From a phage, in NCBI GenBank assembly GCA_012225525.1, contig GCA_012225525.1_3923.1: 64,000 nt of DNA; one strand, 5' to 3'. The translations under genes were made by a program, and so were the position numbers. The notes under the pieces were generated by a model. It was not told the origin of the DNA and made no database searches. It was given only the letters and a program-made list of their open reading frames with translations. This document shows positions 27,257 through 36,297 of this stretch, one piece after another (the first letter of the stretch is position 1; each line of letters begins with the position of its first letter).

Positions 27257-27553
27257 ATGAAATTACCAAATAAAGTTCGTGAAAATCTAAGCAAATTACT
27301 CAACAAAATTGATTTCATTGAAACATCAAGAAATAGCCATGATGTTATGGAATGGTTACACGGCAAAATAAAAGGTCGTCGTGTAGTGATTTGCTTATGG
27401 AATAGTTGCAGGGAGTATAAAAAACCTGTATTGCAAGTTAATATCTATGATGATACTCTTAAAAGTCCTGTCAAATCTAAAAGCGATTTACTAGATTCTT
27501 ATGAGATAACTGTAAATGGCAAAGTGTCACGTAAAGAGGAAGCACCATGTTAA
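27257..27553 (+). CDS. small hypothetical protein (array gene 3)
   Basis: Follows cassette B. Confidence 0.5.
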   Translation: MKLPNKVRENLSKLLNKIDFIETSRNSHDVMEWLHGKIKGRRVVICLWNSCREYKKPVLQVNIYDDTLKSPVKSKSDLLDSYEITVNGKVSRKEEAPC

Positions 27554-27879
27554 TGACTGGTATCACTGCAATCATTGCCATTTTCGCGCTCTATAAGGCA
27601 TATAAAGCCTATAATCTAGCAAATAAGGCAATTACACAACAGGTTAGCAATAACCTTGTAATGAGCTTTCTAGAGCGGTTGAGCGATGAACAATTAAAGC
27701 GGTTAGAAATGAGCTTCAGATTCAGGGCGAGAACTTATCAAATCAGCGACATTTTCAAAGATGATTTTCAATTAGTCGATGATTATAATTCTCTGATAAA
27801 TGCTTTAAATATTAGTGACTTAAAAGACTATCATACTGTAATTGTTCAAGAGTTGAGCAAACGAAAACAAAACTGTTGA
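27547..27879 (+). CDS. small membrane-associated hypothetical protein (array gene 4)
   Basis: N-terminal hydrophobic segment; overlaps previous stop. Confidence 0.4.
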   Translation: MLMTGITAIIAIFALYKAYKAYNLANKAITQQVSNNLVMSFLERLSDEQLKRLEMSFRFRARTYQISDIFKDDFQLVDDYNSLINALNISDLKDYHTVIVQELSKRKQNC

Positions 27880-27969
27880 CACTGGTTTTTAGATAGATTA
27901 AATTACACATCAACGGGGAGGGAATGACCTTCCCCACTAAATAAAGTCCTTAAACTAGGAGATTCTAAA
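27876..27969 (+). repeat. cassette type A copy 1 (promoter TTGACA-17-TAAATT, hairpin 27915..27935, RBS)
   Basis: TTGACACTGGTTTTTAGATAGATTAAATT...GGGGAGGGAATGACCTTCCCC...TTAAACTAGGAGATTCTAAAATG. Confidence 0.75.
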
Positions 27970-28242
27970 ATGTATACTACTAACAATGGCCGCACTTTGA
28001 ACGTCACACTACGTCACTATGTAGATGGTGTCATGCACTTTGAAGATTTACAAGCTGAACAACATATCTTAGATTGGCAAGTCGCAGGACTCCAAAAAAC
28101 TGCTACGGGATACGGTAAAAAGATTCCAACTAGTTGGAAAGTTCACTATGAAGGACGTTTGCGCAGAATTTATCAAGATGTGCAAAGCAATAGTGCATCG
28201 AGTTACATTATAGTAAAAGGTAAAAAACTGCATTTAGTGTAA
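27970..28242 (+). CDS. small hypothetical protein (array gene 5)
   Basis: Follows cassette A. Confidence 0.5.
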   Translation: MYTTNNGRTLNVTLRHYVDGVMHFEDLQAEQHILDWQVAGLQKTATGYGKKIPTSWKVHYEGRLRRIYQDVQSNSASSYIIVKGKKLHLV

Positions 28243-28325
28243 AGTACTTTACAGGGGGTTATCAAGCTGATAAGATAGCCCCAGATAAAGAGCTTTACCA
28301 CTAATCCTAAATTGGAGATTCAAAA
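28243..28325 (+). repeat. cassette type B copy 3
   Basis: AAAGTACTTTACAGGGGGTTATCAAGCTGATAAGATAGCCCCAGATAAAGAGCTTTACCACT. Confidence 0.7.
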
Positions 28326-28730
28326 ATGGCTATCAATAATCGTGAATTATCAATCTTAAAAGCACGTTTGACCGTTAATCGAATCAATGTTATCACGTCA
28401 TCAGCACCGGATGAAACATTGCACAACATTATCGGAAAGATTCAAAGCGTTATCTTAGACGTTGAAAACGTAAAAAGTTCATTGGCTGACGTTGCAGCAG
28501 GTATCACGCTAGACGGTGCGCAATATGAAATGGCTGACATGTTAGGCAAATCAAAGGTAATGAATAAAGAACTTGATTTAAAAATGTTTCGATTTGCCGT
28601 GAAAGTATGGCTATCCGTCGAGTATGACGCTAATTTTGCAATCGCTGATTTCTTCGCCACTTGGTTGCAACGTAATTTGACAAATCATGATTTTCGTGAC
28701 ATCTGCGACGCAATTTATGCAGAACTCTAA
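28326..28730 (+). CDS. small hypothetical protein (array gene 6)
   Basis: Follows cassette B. Confidence 0.5.
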   Translation: MAINNRELSILKARLTVNRINVITSSAPDETLHNIIGKIQSVILDVENVKSSLADVAAGITLDGAQYEMADMLGKSKVMNKELDLKMFRFAVKVWLSVEYDANFAIADFFATWLQRNLTNHDFRDICDAIYAEL

Positions 28731-28738
28731 AAATTTTA

Positions 28739-28831
28739 TTGACACTGATTTTTAGATAGATTAAATTACACATCAACGGGGAGGGAATGACCTTCCCCAC
28801 TAAGTAAAGTCCTTAAACTAGGAGATTCAAA
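28739..28831 (+). repeat. cassette type A copy 2 (promoter TTGACA-17-TAAATT, hairpin 28778..28798, RBS)
   Basis: Near-identical to copy 1. Confidence 0.75.
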
Positions 28832-29029
28832 ATGGCTATTATCAACGGTTTAACCATTGAAACCACGCACATCAAAGACATTAAAGTTGGTGATGTAGTT
28901 CTTTCCCACGGCGTAGAAAAAACAGTCACTGCAAAGGATATCAAAGATGATTCTTTCATGGGTAGAACTCTCTTCGGTGATTCTTATTGCTTAGGTTATC
29001 TTGCAGTTTTAAAAGTTGTCAAAAATTAA
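28832..29029 (+). CDS. small hypothetical protein (array gene 7)
   Basis: Follows cassette A. Confidence 0.5.
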   Translation: MAIINGLTIETTHIKDIKVGDVVLSHGVEKTVTAKDIKDDSFMGRTLFGDSYCLGYLAVLKVVKN

Positions 29030-29122
29030 CTGATAAAGTACTTTACAAGGGGCTTATAGTTCGATAAAGTAAGCCCCAGATAAAGAGCTTTACCACTAAA
29101 TCCTTAAACTAGGAGATTCAAA
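29030..29122 (+). repeat. cassette type B copy 4
   Basis: Near-identical to copy 1. Confidence 0.75.
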
Positions 29123-29665
29123 ATGAAATGCTTTCACGGTACTACTCAAGAAAACTTTATCAACCTGATTAATAACGGTGATAAACCATCAGGTGTATGG
29201 AATTGTTCGGATATGGACGGCAATTTTTACGTGTACCCAGAAAATAAACTCTATGGTGATGATGAGGAAGAGATAGCATCGGAAGGTATCCAGCAAGCTC
29301 TAGGAAATGCCACTATCACGGCAGCTTTTCAGATGAAAACTCAAAATATTGTTATCTTAGAACTTGACATTCCAGAGGATGAGCTAAATGATGATTATTC
29401 TTGTGATAACATGTCAAATATAGCAAGCTTTACAGAGTACTTTGATGTAAATTGGATTAAAAAGGTCTATACAACAGAGTTCAACGCTATGTATTCACCT
29501 TTTTGTCTCCCTTCACTGGATAACCCAAATTTAAATTATCTTGATGAAACATTGGAGCTACTTGCTAAAAGTATCCAACAATCCGACAGTATTCAGGTTT
29601 TTTGTGACATCATGGATACACTGACAGAAAACATTGTAGAGAGTGATTTAAAGGTCTTTTTCTAA
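29123..29665 (+). CDS. hypothetical protein (array gene 8, 180 aa)
   Basis: Follows cassette B. Confidence 0.5.
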   Translation: MKCFHGTTQENFINLINNGDKPSGVWNCSDMDGNFYVYPENKLYGDDEEEIASEGIQQALGNATITAAFQMKTQNIVILELDIPEDELNDDYSCDNMSNIASFTEYFDVNWIKKVYTTEFNAMYSPFCLPSLDNPNLNYLDETLELLAKSIQQSDSIQVFCDIMDTLTENIVESDLKVFF

Positions 29666-29731
29666 AAACCTATACATTCACCTTATAAACACTGATTAAC
29701 CCCTTACAGGGGCTTTTAGAGGGCTTAAATC

Positions 29732-29965
29732 ATGCTTACAACCATTTATCTCATCCTTTCCATTTGTAACGGCCATTCATGTGACTTTAAAGGGCTTGAA
29801 GAGTTTACAGGAAGTAAAGAAAATGCTATTCAAGTTTGCCAGATAGCAAGACAAGACTACCCCGCCAGTGATGATATACAATGTTACTTTAAGACAGAAG
29901 ATGACGAAGGAATCTATTTCGACAGTGTCGATGGTCAATATGAAATTATCATTGAAAAAGACTAG
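29732..29965 (+). CDS. small hypothetical protein (array gene 9)
   Basis: Preceded by hairpin CCCCTTACAGGGG; no A/B cassette. Confidence 0.4.
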   Translation: MLTTIYLILSICNGHSCDFKGLEEFTGSKENAIQVCQIARQDYPASDDIQCYFKTEDDEGIYFDSVDGQYEIIIEKD

Positions 29966-30058
29966 ACAAGCCTGATAAAAGTCTGTAAATTATCAATCAA
30001 CGGGGAGGGAATGACCTTCCCCACTAAGTAAAGTCCTTAAACTAGGAGATTCCAAAAA
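29966..30058 (+). repeat. cassette type A copy 3 (hairpin 30002..30022)
   Basis: ATCAACGGGGAGGGAATGACCTTCCCCACTAAGTAAAGTCCTTAAACTAGGAGATTCC. Confidence 0.7.
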
Positions 30059-30307
30059 ATGTATACTAAAACTCAACTAAAAAACATGGTTAGCAATGGC
30101 TTAATGGATGAAGTCTATAAAGAGTGTAGACGCTACGGGGAAATTAAGGATAAGACTAGTTATGAGTATACCCACACAATAGACTTTAAAACCAATGAGA
30201 AGAGGACTGACCTTGTTACTGTAGTAGTGATTGAGTATAAACGAATTATTTGGACCTTTGAGCTAGTAAAAGGTGAGTGCACAGAGATAGAATATAAAGA
30301 CGCTTAA
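30059..30307 (+). CDS. small hypothetical protein (array gene 10)
   Basis: Follows cassette A. Confidence 0.5.
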   Translation: MYTKTQLKNMVSNGLMDEVYKECRRYGEIKDKTSYEYTHTIDFKTNEKRTDLVTVVVIEYKRIIWTFELVKGECTEIEYKDA

Positions 30308-30392
30308 AGTACTTTACATGGGGCTTATTAGTCTGTATAGTAAGCCCCAGATAAAGAGCTTTACCACTCAATCCTAAACTGGAGATTCTAAA
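30308..30392 (+). repeat. cassette type B copy 5
   Basis: AAGTACTTTACATGGGGCTTATTAGTCTGTATAGTAAGCCCCAGATAAAGAGCTTTACCACT. Confidence 0.7.
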
Positions 30393-30734
30393 ATGGCTTA
30401 TGTAACCGTAATTACCGATAAAGCTGGCTCATCTTGGTCAACTCAAGTAAGTGATAAGATGTCACCTATGCAGTGCCTAAAATACTTTGAACAGTGGAAC
30501 AAAGGCGAGGGTGTAAGCCCCTTTCAAGTGATGCAAATCATCCATACAGATAACGAAGGGAATAAAACGACCTTGAACAGTGAATACTACGCAAGCCGTT
30601 TTGAAACGAGAAGTAAAACAATGAAGCTTTTACGTGAATCCGGTTATGCACATATTGCCGCTTTAATCTGGGATGACCTGCTAAAAAGTCAGCGTATCAG
30701 CTATGTAAAACCTGAAAAAATATTCATCAGTTAA
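30393..30734 (+). CDS. small hypothetical protein (array gene 11)
   Basis: Follows cassette B. Confidence 0.5.
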   Translation: MAYVTVITDKAGSSWSTQVSDKMSPMQCLKYFEQWNKGEGVSPFQVMQIIHTDNEGNKTTLNSEYYASRFETRSKTMKLLRESGYAHIAALIWDDLLKSQRISYVKPEKIFIS

Positions 30735-30862
30735 TCAATAACTTATAAAAAACTTTTAAAAAAGTGTTGACAATACCCATTGACATTGGTAACTTTGTTC
30801 GAGGGGGTTATCTAAAAGGGATTCACTTAATAGATTCTTTATAGATAAACTTAAAAAATTGC

Positions 30863-30955
30863 TTGCAAAGGCAAATCAAAACAAGTATAGTACTAATCAA
30901 CGGGGAGGGAATGACCTTCCCCACTAAGTAAAGTCCTTAAACTAGGAGATTCAAA
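30863..30955 (+). repeat. cassette type A copy 4 (promoter TTGCAA-17-TATAGT, hairpin 30902..30922)
   Basis: Additional TTGACA-like elements at about 30769-30790. Confidence 0.7.
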
Positions 30956-31486
30956 ATGAACAAGTTTCAAGCTATCAACTACATTCGCTCATCTAACGTT
31001 ATGACTAAACCCGTTAAAGATACCTTCGAATTTCGTTGCAACGGTGTACACTTTGCAACTATCACTAAATCAGAAAACGGGGCTTATTATATACATCGTC
31101 GTAATGTTTCTACTGTTGTAGTATCTCACTTTATGCAAGCTGTAGCAGAACTGTTACCGCTATTCTTAGGTATTTACTTAGATGAGTGTAAAAACGTTCG
31201 CAACCACGTTAAAGACCTTTTAAATGGTTATAAAATGGCTTATGAACGTTCTATCAAGAATCTTAACAAGTTCTATAAAGCCCCTGAAAACACCGTATCA
31301 ATAGCTTATGATGTAAGCGGTGAAATGGTCAACCTCTCCAATGTAGAACAAATTGGCCTTTATGATTTACGTCCTAGCGGTTATTCTAAGACTCTCGGTG
31401 AAGGCTTATCCTTCAATATCAAGAACTTAGAAAAAACTTTAAAAGATATTGAAAAAGATATTGACGAGACAATCAAAAGTCTGTAA
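30956..31486 (+). CDS. hypothetical protein (array gene 12, 176 aa)
   Basis: Follows cassette A. Confidence 0.5.
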   Translation: MNKFQAINYIRSSNVMTKPVKDTFEFRCNGVHFATITKSENGAYYIHRRNVSTVVVSHFMQAVAELLPLFLGIYLDECKNVRNHVKDLLNGYKMAYERSIKNLNKFYKAPENTVSIAYDVSGEMVNLSNVEQIGLYDLRPSGYSKTLGEGLSFNIKNLEKTLKDIEKDIDETIKSL

Positions 31487-31553
31487 ATTGTCAATCAACG
31501 GGGAGGGATTAACCTTCCCACTAAGTAAAGTCCTTAAACTAGGAGATTCAAAA
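31487..31553 (+). repeat. cassette type A copy 5 (variant hairpin 31499..31518)
   Basis: GGGGAGGGATTAACCTTCCC variant then TTAAACTAGGAGATTCAAAAATG. Confidence 0.7.
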
Positions 31554-31817
31554 ATGGAAAACGTAGAATTAACCACACTTTTACAAATTGCAACCGACAA
31601 AGAAGATGTAGCATTATTCCACCGTATCGAAAGCGATTTGTTCAATGGTGAAATCATTAAAGAATCTTACGAAGTTGTCGGATTCAAAGATGGTAAAGCA
31701 TTTGGCTTTTTTGACCTCGACAAAAGCAAAGCGGTTACAATGTACGATGTTCTATCTTGTGAAATTCTGACAAAATACAACGAAAAAAGGCTTGCAACCT
31801 ACGCCAATATGCAGTAA
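31554..31817 (+). CDS. small hypothetical protein (array gene 13)
   Basis: ATG 31554 directly after cassette RBS; track ORF 31449..31817 over-extended upstream. Confidence 0.45.
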   Translation: MENVELTTLLQIATDKEDVALFHRIESDLFNGEIIKESYEVVGFKDGKAFGFFDLDKSKAVTMYDVLSCEILTKYNEKRLATYANMQ

Positions 31818-31884
31818 ATTACTAATCAACGGGGAGGGAATGACCTTCCCACTAAACAAAGTCCTAAACTGGAGAATCTAAATT
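31818..31884 (+). repeat. cassette type A copy 6 (hairpin 31831..31850)
   Basis: ATCAACGGGGAGGGAATGACCTTCCCACTAAACAAAGTCCTAAACTGGAGAATC. Confidence 0.7.
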
Positions 31885-32133
31885 ATGTCAACTATCCGCG
31901 TAACTGTTAATGCTTATGGCTGCCACCAACTTGATGCAAAATTCGATATCGGTGGAACAGATAACACCTTTGACCTTATCAAAATGCTGATTCAGCAGGT
32001 GATACCAGATTATAACCCTACTGATGACTTCTGGAAAGATGCCGTAAAAGAAGCCATAAACGAGGAATCTCACTACCATTATTGGGGTGACTTGATTATC
32101 TCTCTGTACTACAGCAAACAAGGTTACAACTAA
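31885..32133 (+). CDS. small hypothetical protein (array gene 14)
   Basis: Follows cassette A. Confidence 0.5.
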   Translation: MSTIRVTVNAYGCHQLDAKFDIGGTDNTFDLIKMLIQQVIPDYNPTDDFWKDAVKEAINEESHYHYWGDLIISLYYSKQGYN

Positions 32134-32143
32134 TCGACGCAAC

Positions 32144-32196
32144 GGGGCTAAATAGCCCCAGATACCTGAAAAGCTCCTTCTCATAGGGGCTTTTTT
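32144..32196 (+). terminator. terminator region ending the rightward small-gene array
   Basis: Hairpin GGGGCTAAATAGCCCC, then GGGGCTTTTTT. Confidence 0.5.
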
Positions 32197-32199
32197 ACG

Positions 32200-33700
32200 T
32201 CTATAAAGAGACTCTATACAATCCCTTTCCTTTCCTTCCTAGAATCTATCCCGTACCTTAAAAGCAATAACTCTATAGGTTATTCTATAGCCCCTTATCA
32301 AATCAACTTAAATAAAAGCCAATAACCCCAGAAAGGGGATGGCCCATTAAAACGCTCTATAAAGCTCTATAACAGCCTTATCAACCTAACTTAAGCAATC
32401 ATATTAACCCACTCTAAAAAGCCCTTTATAGAGCTTCCCAGAGCCTTAAAAGAATCTTATAAGGGTGTAAGTTTATAGGCTGGCTAGTATCTTGTGAATA
32501 ACTAAACAATCCCCTTGATAGTCACTAAAAAGCATGTTATAGGGGGTATAAAGTTACTTCAAAGTAACGTAAAAAAGGCTATAAAGTTACGTAAATGCTA
32601 GCCCCCTTAACATTTTCTTAACAATTTCTTAACAATCCCTACATAGTTATGCTTGTTAGCCCCTTGTTAAATCTCTGTTAAGACCACGTAAAAGCCTTGT
32701 AAGAGTCTTTGACATAGCCTTAAAAGCTCCTGTAAAGCCCTATAAAGAGGTGTCTGTATAGTTGGGGTGTAATTACTAGGAAGAGACTTAAAAGAGCTTA
32801 CAAGGAGCTATAGAGAGCTTTTAAGAGGTATGTTTAAGAGTTCACTAAGAAAGGAAGGGAACGATAAGAAAAGAGATAGTGACCATGTTAATAGCTTGTT
32901 AAAAAGATTAAACACTTGTTAGGAACTTGTTAATTATCTTAATTGGTATTGTTACCAATCCCTACAAAATAACTCTTTAAAATTAACTTGTTAGCTCTTG
33001 TTAGTCATCTGTTAAGCCTCTGTAAAGACTATTCAGCACTTGTTAGAAAACTGTTAAGCCCTTGTTAGTTCTGTTAAGAAACTGTTAAGACCTTTGAAGA
33101 GATGTTAAGAGCTTGAGAGAGTTGTTAAGAGATTGTTAAGGATATTTTAAAATTTTGCAAAGTACTTGTAAGGGAGCTGTTAAGGGCTACCAAGCAGATA
33201 TACATCTTCTACAGATATTTTTCAGTCCCTTCAAAGACCCTAAAAAATGACTTGATAGTCCTATTTTATAAAAATTTTAAAATTCTGAATAATTACCTAG
33301 ACAGTCTTTTAAAAATACAGGTAGAAACAGGCTTATAAGATACCTTGTTAGTACCGTGTTAGACCTTGTGAGATAAGGTCTGTAAAGATATTCCTGTTAA
33401 GTTTGTTAAAACAGTCTATATAGAGGCTTAGTAGTGCCTAGTGAACACCTATAGAGGGTAACATAGCTAACCTAGAGATTAAGAGGTGTATAGGAGCTTC
33501 TAAGAGGGTGTAGAGAGATGGTTAAGGTGATTGTATAGGTTGTTAAGAAGGCTTGTTAGAAGAGTGTTTAGAAGGGCTATACAGAGGGGCTATTAAGACC
33601 ACTAGATAGATACTAAGATACTATATAGTACTATATAACTATATAGAGAGTAAGATTAAGAAGGTTGTTAAGAAGGGTAGATATTTTATTCACATATGAT
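32200..33700. repeat. ORF-free, motif-dense non-coding region (about 1.5 kb)
   Basis: No ORF of 60 aa or more on either strand; dozens of short motifs (CTTGTTAG, CTGTTAAG, TTGTTAAGA, CTATAAAG, TTAAAAG, TATAGAG). Confidence 0.8.
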
Positions 33701-33739
33701 GGTGACCCAGCGGTTGGGACAACCGATAAATTTTATAAA

Positions 33740-33778
33740 AATTAAAAAGCCCCCGATTAAGGAGGCTCTTAAGATATT
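33740..33778 (-). terminator. probable terminator for the leftward block
   Basis: Minus-strand hairpin around GAGCCTCC/GGGGGC followed by T-run; approximate. Confidence 0.35.
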
Positions 33779-34372
33779 TTAAATCAGTGTTTCCAGAACT
33801 GTTTTCAATGATGACTTGGTTGTCTGATAAAAATGAGTAAATCCATTGTTATTATCGAATACCTGCATCATGATATCATCTCCCTTGATTGGGTACACTC
33901 GGATATCATAGTGAAAACCATTAAAGACACAAGAGCCATTACAGAATGCACTAAAGTCATCCACTGAGATATACTCTTCATGTCCTGTGATTTTTATACA
34001 AACACCTTTACTCGGTCTCTTAGGGTTGATATCTTCCATCACAGACATACTCTGTCCACCAAGAGACACCATAGTGACCACTTTACGGTTCTTCTGTTTA
34101 AAGTACATCTTAACTTTCTGCAAAGTGTCTTCATAGAACGGATAAGACTTCTCTACAAATATTCCTTCAAGTGGCTCTTTACCATTTTCAACTTCTCTGG
34201 TATGTCGTACTGCAAAGATAATTTGTTGGAACCAGTCAAGATTTTCTTCGGAGAGTGCTTCTCGAACATCACTCCAGTCAAGGACTAGATAGTTACCTTC
34301 AACTTCTTTTAAGTTATCTTTTTCCATATCTATCACACCATTATCGTAAAACTTGATATTCTGGTACTGCAA
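33779..34372 (-). CDS. hypothetical protein
   Basis: Track ORF, 197 aa. Confidence 0.45.
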   Translation of the reverse strand: MQYQNIKFYDNGVIDMEKDNLKEVEGNYLVLDWSDVREALSEENLDWFQQIIFAVRHTREVENGKEPLEGIFVEKSYPFYEDTLQKVKMYFKQKNRKVVTMVSLGGQSMSVMEDINPKRPSKGVCIKITGHEEYISVDDFSAFCNGSCVFNGFHYDIRVYPIKGDDIMMQVFDNNNGFTHFYQTTKSSLKTVLETLI

Positions 34373-34805
34373 ACTTGTTGCTATTGTTCCTAATAAGGTC
34401 TTCTTCTGTTACTAAGAATGTAATCCCACATAAGTGCGTATAGTGGCTGTCATACTCGAATATTTTAAGTAAGTATTTACCATCATGATAAACAGATTCT
34501 ACTACACCTTTTGCAACAATCTTTCCAGTCTTGAAGTCTTTAAGAGGGTATGTATTACCAACTTTAGGGACTGTTTTCACTTCAGGTTCTTTTAGCTTCT
34601 CACTAGCTTCTACATCACCTAGTAAGTTAGAACTTTCAAAAGCTCTGAATCTCATATAAGCTTCTGAACATTCCCAGATAAAACAATGTACAAGAACCTT
34701 AGCAGCATGTCTTGAGCAATTCAACTCATCACAGATTTCTTTGTACATTTCATCTTTAGTTGAATTGGTAAGCATTGCTTTTCGAACTGTTTCTTTAATT
34801 TTCAT
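34341..34805 (-). CDS. hypothetical protein
   Basis: Track ORF, 154 aa. Confidence 0.45.
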   Translation of the reverse strand: MKIKETVRKAMLTNSTKDEMYKEICDELNCSRHAAKVLVHCFIWECSEAYMRFRAFESSNLLGDVEASEKLKEPEVKTVPKVGNTYPLKDFKTGKIVAKGVVESVYHDGKYLLKIFEYDSHYTHLCGITFLVTEEDLIRNNSNKFAVPEYQVLR

Positions 34806-35223
34806 AAGCTCTCCGAATAACCCTATTAAGCATCTCTAAAGTCAGCTTTCCAGACTCTAAATGTGGCATAACAAGCTTTAAAGCTTTTTCAACATCATGC
34901 ACAACATCTATTATACCTTCTTCATAGGCTTCTACAAGGATATCTTTTACGTTTTGTTGGTTATCTTTTTGTGGTATTGCTAGACGCATATTAAACTCAT
35001 TTGCTTGAGGGTGGTCACTACCACGCCAGTAACCATCTTTGTTAAAGCTGATGTAGTCACCGTGGTAAAAGTGTACACCATTAGCTTTAAACTTCTCCAG
35101 CACAAGGCATTGAATTGGGTATTCAGTATTCCACTCCCTGACTCCTATAACCTTCACTGTTGCGATGTACTCCTGTGTTTTTGCATCTATGATGTCAAGT
35201 TCTTGACCAGCTATGATTTGCAT
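34795..35223 (-). CDS. hypothetical protein
   Basis: Track ORF, 142 aa. Confidence 0.45.
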   Translation of the reverse strand: MQIIAGQELDIIDAKTQEYIATVKVIGVREWNTEYPIQCLVLEKFKANGVHFYHGDYISFNKDGYWRGSDHPQANEFNMRLAIPQKDNQQNVKDILVEAYEEGIIDVVHDVEKALKLVMPHLESGKLTLEMLNRVIRRAYEN

Positions 35224-35277
35224 ATTCGCTACCTTCTAAGTTTCTACAAAGGGGCTATCAAGTAACCCCTCAAGTTA

Positions 35278-35502
35278 TTACTCAGACTTTTCAGTCTTCT
35301 TGTCGGATTTCTTACTAGTCTTCTTCTCAGCTTTCTGCTCAGGCTCCTTCTCAGAAGTTGCCTTAATAACCATATCAAGAAGCTCTGATAAGTCACTCTT
35401 CAGTAAAGTAACAGGCTGCTCATTGTAGAAGTTTTTGTCAAGATAGACTTTGAACTCTTCAATAGATGGAAATCCAAAAATTGGTACAGGTGTCTTAATC
35501 AT
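35278..35502 (-). CDS. small hypothetical protein
   Basis: Track ORF, 74 aa. Confidence 0.35.
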   Translation of the reverse strand: MIKTPVPIFGFPSIEEFKVYLDKNFYNEQPVTLLKSDLSELLDMVIKATSEKEPEQKAEKKTSKKSDKKTEKSE

Positions 35503-35578
35503 TACTTAGTTTCTCCATAAGCATCTTTCAAGATTGCCTTGTTAATCATTTCAGCGATTGCAAAACGAACACATACAG

Positions 35579-36112
35579 CTATAATTGTAGGTTGCATTCT
35601 TTACTTACCTCTTCAAGTTTAACCTCAGAGTCCTTAAGTCGTTTCTTATGAACTCTGAATCTCATTAGTGAGATGATGATACCAACTAAAGGGACAGCAT
35701 ACAAGTACCAAACATCATATACCTTTGCAGTAATCTGTGCAATTGTCAAATCTTGAGCTATGCAGCTAATTACTGATACTGCCAGTAACGTTGCTAAGAA
35801 GAAAGCCAGTATCATAACAATATTCAGACAACCTCTGGCATGGTATTCATGCTTAATGCACTTATTCTTTTCGTCAACAACCCTGTTGTAGTCGTTTGTA
35901 AAGTCTCTGTAGAAAGCTTTCAAGTATTCTTGAGTGTAGCCTTCAAAGCAACCTGTACCATACCAATAATCACCACCAAAATGTGCTATGATACCGGTAT
36001 CTCCATTTGGTTTGGTTACTCTTAAAGAGACATGATGACCAGTCTTCTGGTAATCTATCTTATATCTTTCTTCGTAAATCATTTTCCAACCCCTCTCAAT
36101 CTCTTGTTCCAT
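35579..36112 (-). CDS. membrane protein
   Basis: Two hydrophobic segments (ILAFFLATLLAVSVI, LYAVPLVGIIISL). Confidence 0.4.
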   Translation of the reverse strand: MEQEIERGWKMIYEERYKIDYQKTGHHVSLRVTKPNGDTGIIAHFGGDYWYGTGCFEGYTQEYLKAFYRDFTNDYNRVVDEKNKCIKHEYHARGCLNIVMILAFFLATLLAVSVISCIAQDLTIAQITAKVYDVWYLYAVPLVGIIISLMRFRVHKKRLKDSEVKLEEVSKECNLQL

Positions 36113-36297
36113 TCAAGGTCAACAAATCTTTGCAGAACTTTTCCTCTAGGTGTTACACCTTTTAAATCTGCATCGTAACAATGGTAAAAATCACCTTCAG
36201 CGTGTTTACCATAGCATTTTCTGATATTCTGGCTTCTGCGATACTGTTCTAACAAGGACAGTTTGTAGTAATCTTCAACTGTAGTTAGTTTTTTCAT
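36079..36297 (-). CDS. small hypothetical protein
   Basis: Track ORF, 72 aa. Confidence 0.3.
   Translation of the reverse strand: MKKLTTVEDYYKLSLLEQYRRSQNIRKCYGKHAEGDFYHCYDADLKGVTPRGKVLQRFVDLEWNKRLRGVGK

Noticed and set aside
26786-31884. The regularly recurring hairpin-containing cassettes could superficially resemble a CRISPR array
   Set aside because: Repeats are 70-95 bp, two distinct types, separated by whole genes of 200-550 bp, and contain promoter/RBS elements; no cas genes and no short uniform spacers.
32200-33700. Possibility that the ORF-free region encodes rRNA or is a prophage att site
   Set aside because: No rRNA-like conserved segments; no integrase or repressor anywhere in the window; composition is short-motif repeats rather than a structured rRNA.
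33980-34288. Plus-strand ORF (102 aa) in the leftward block
   Set aside because: Antisense to minus-strand gene 33779..34372.
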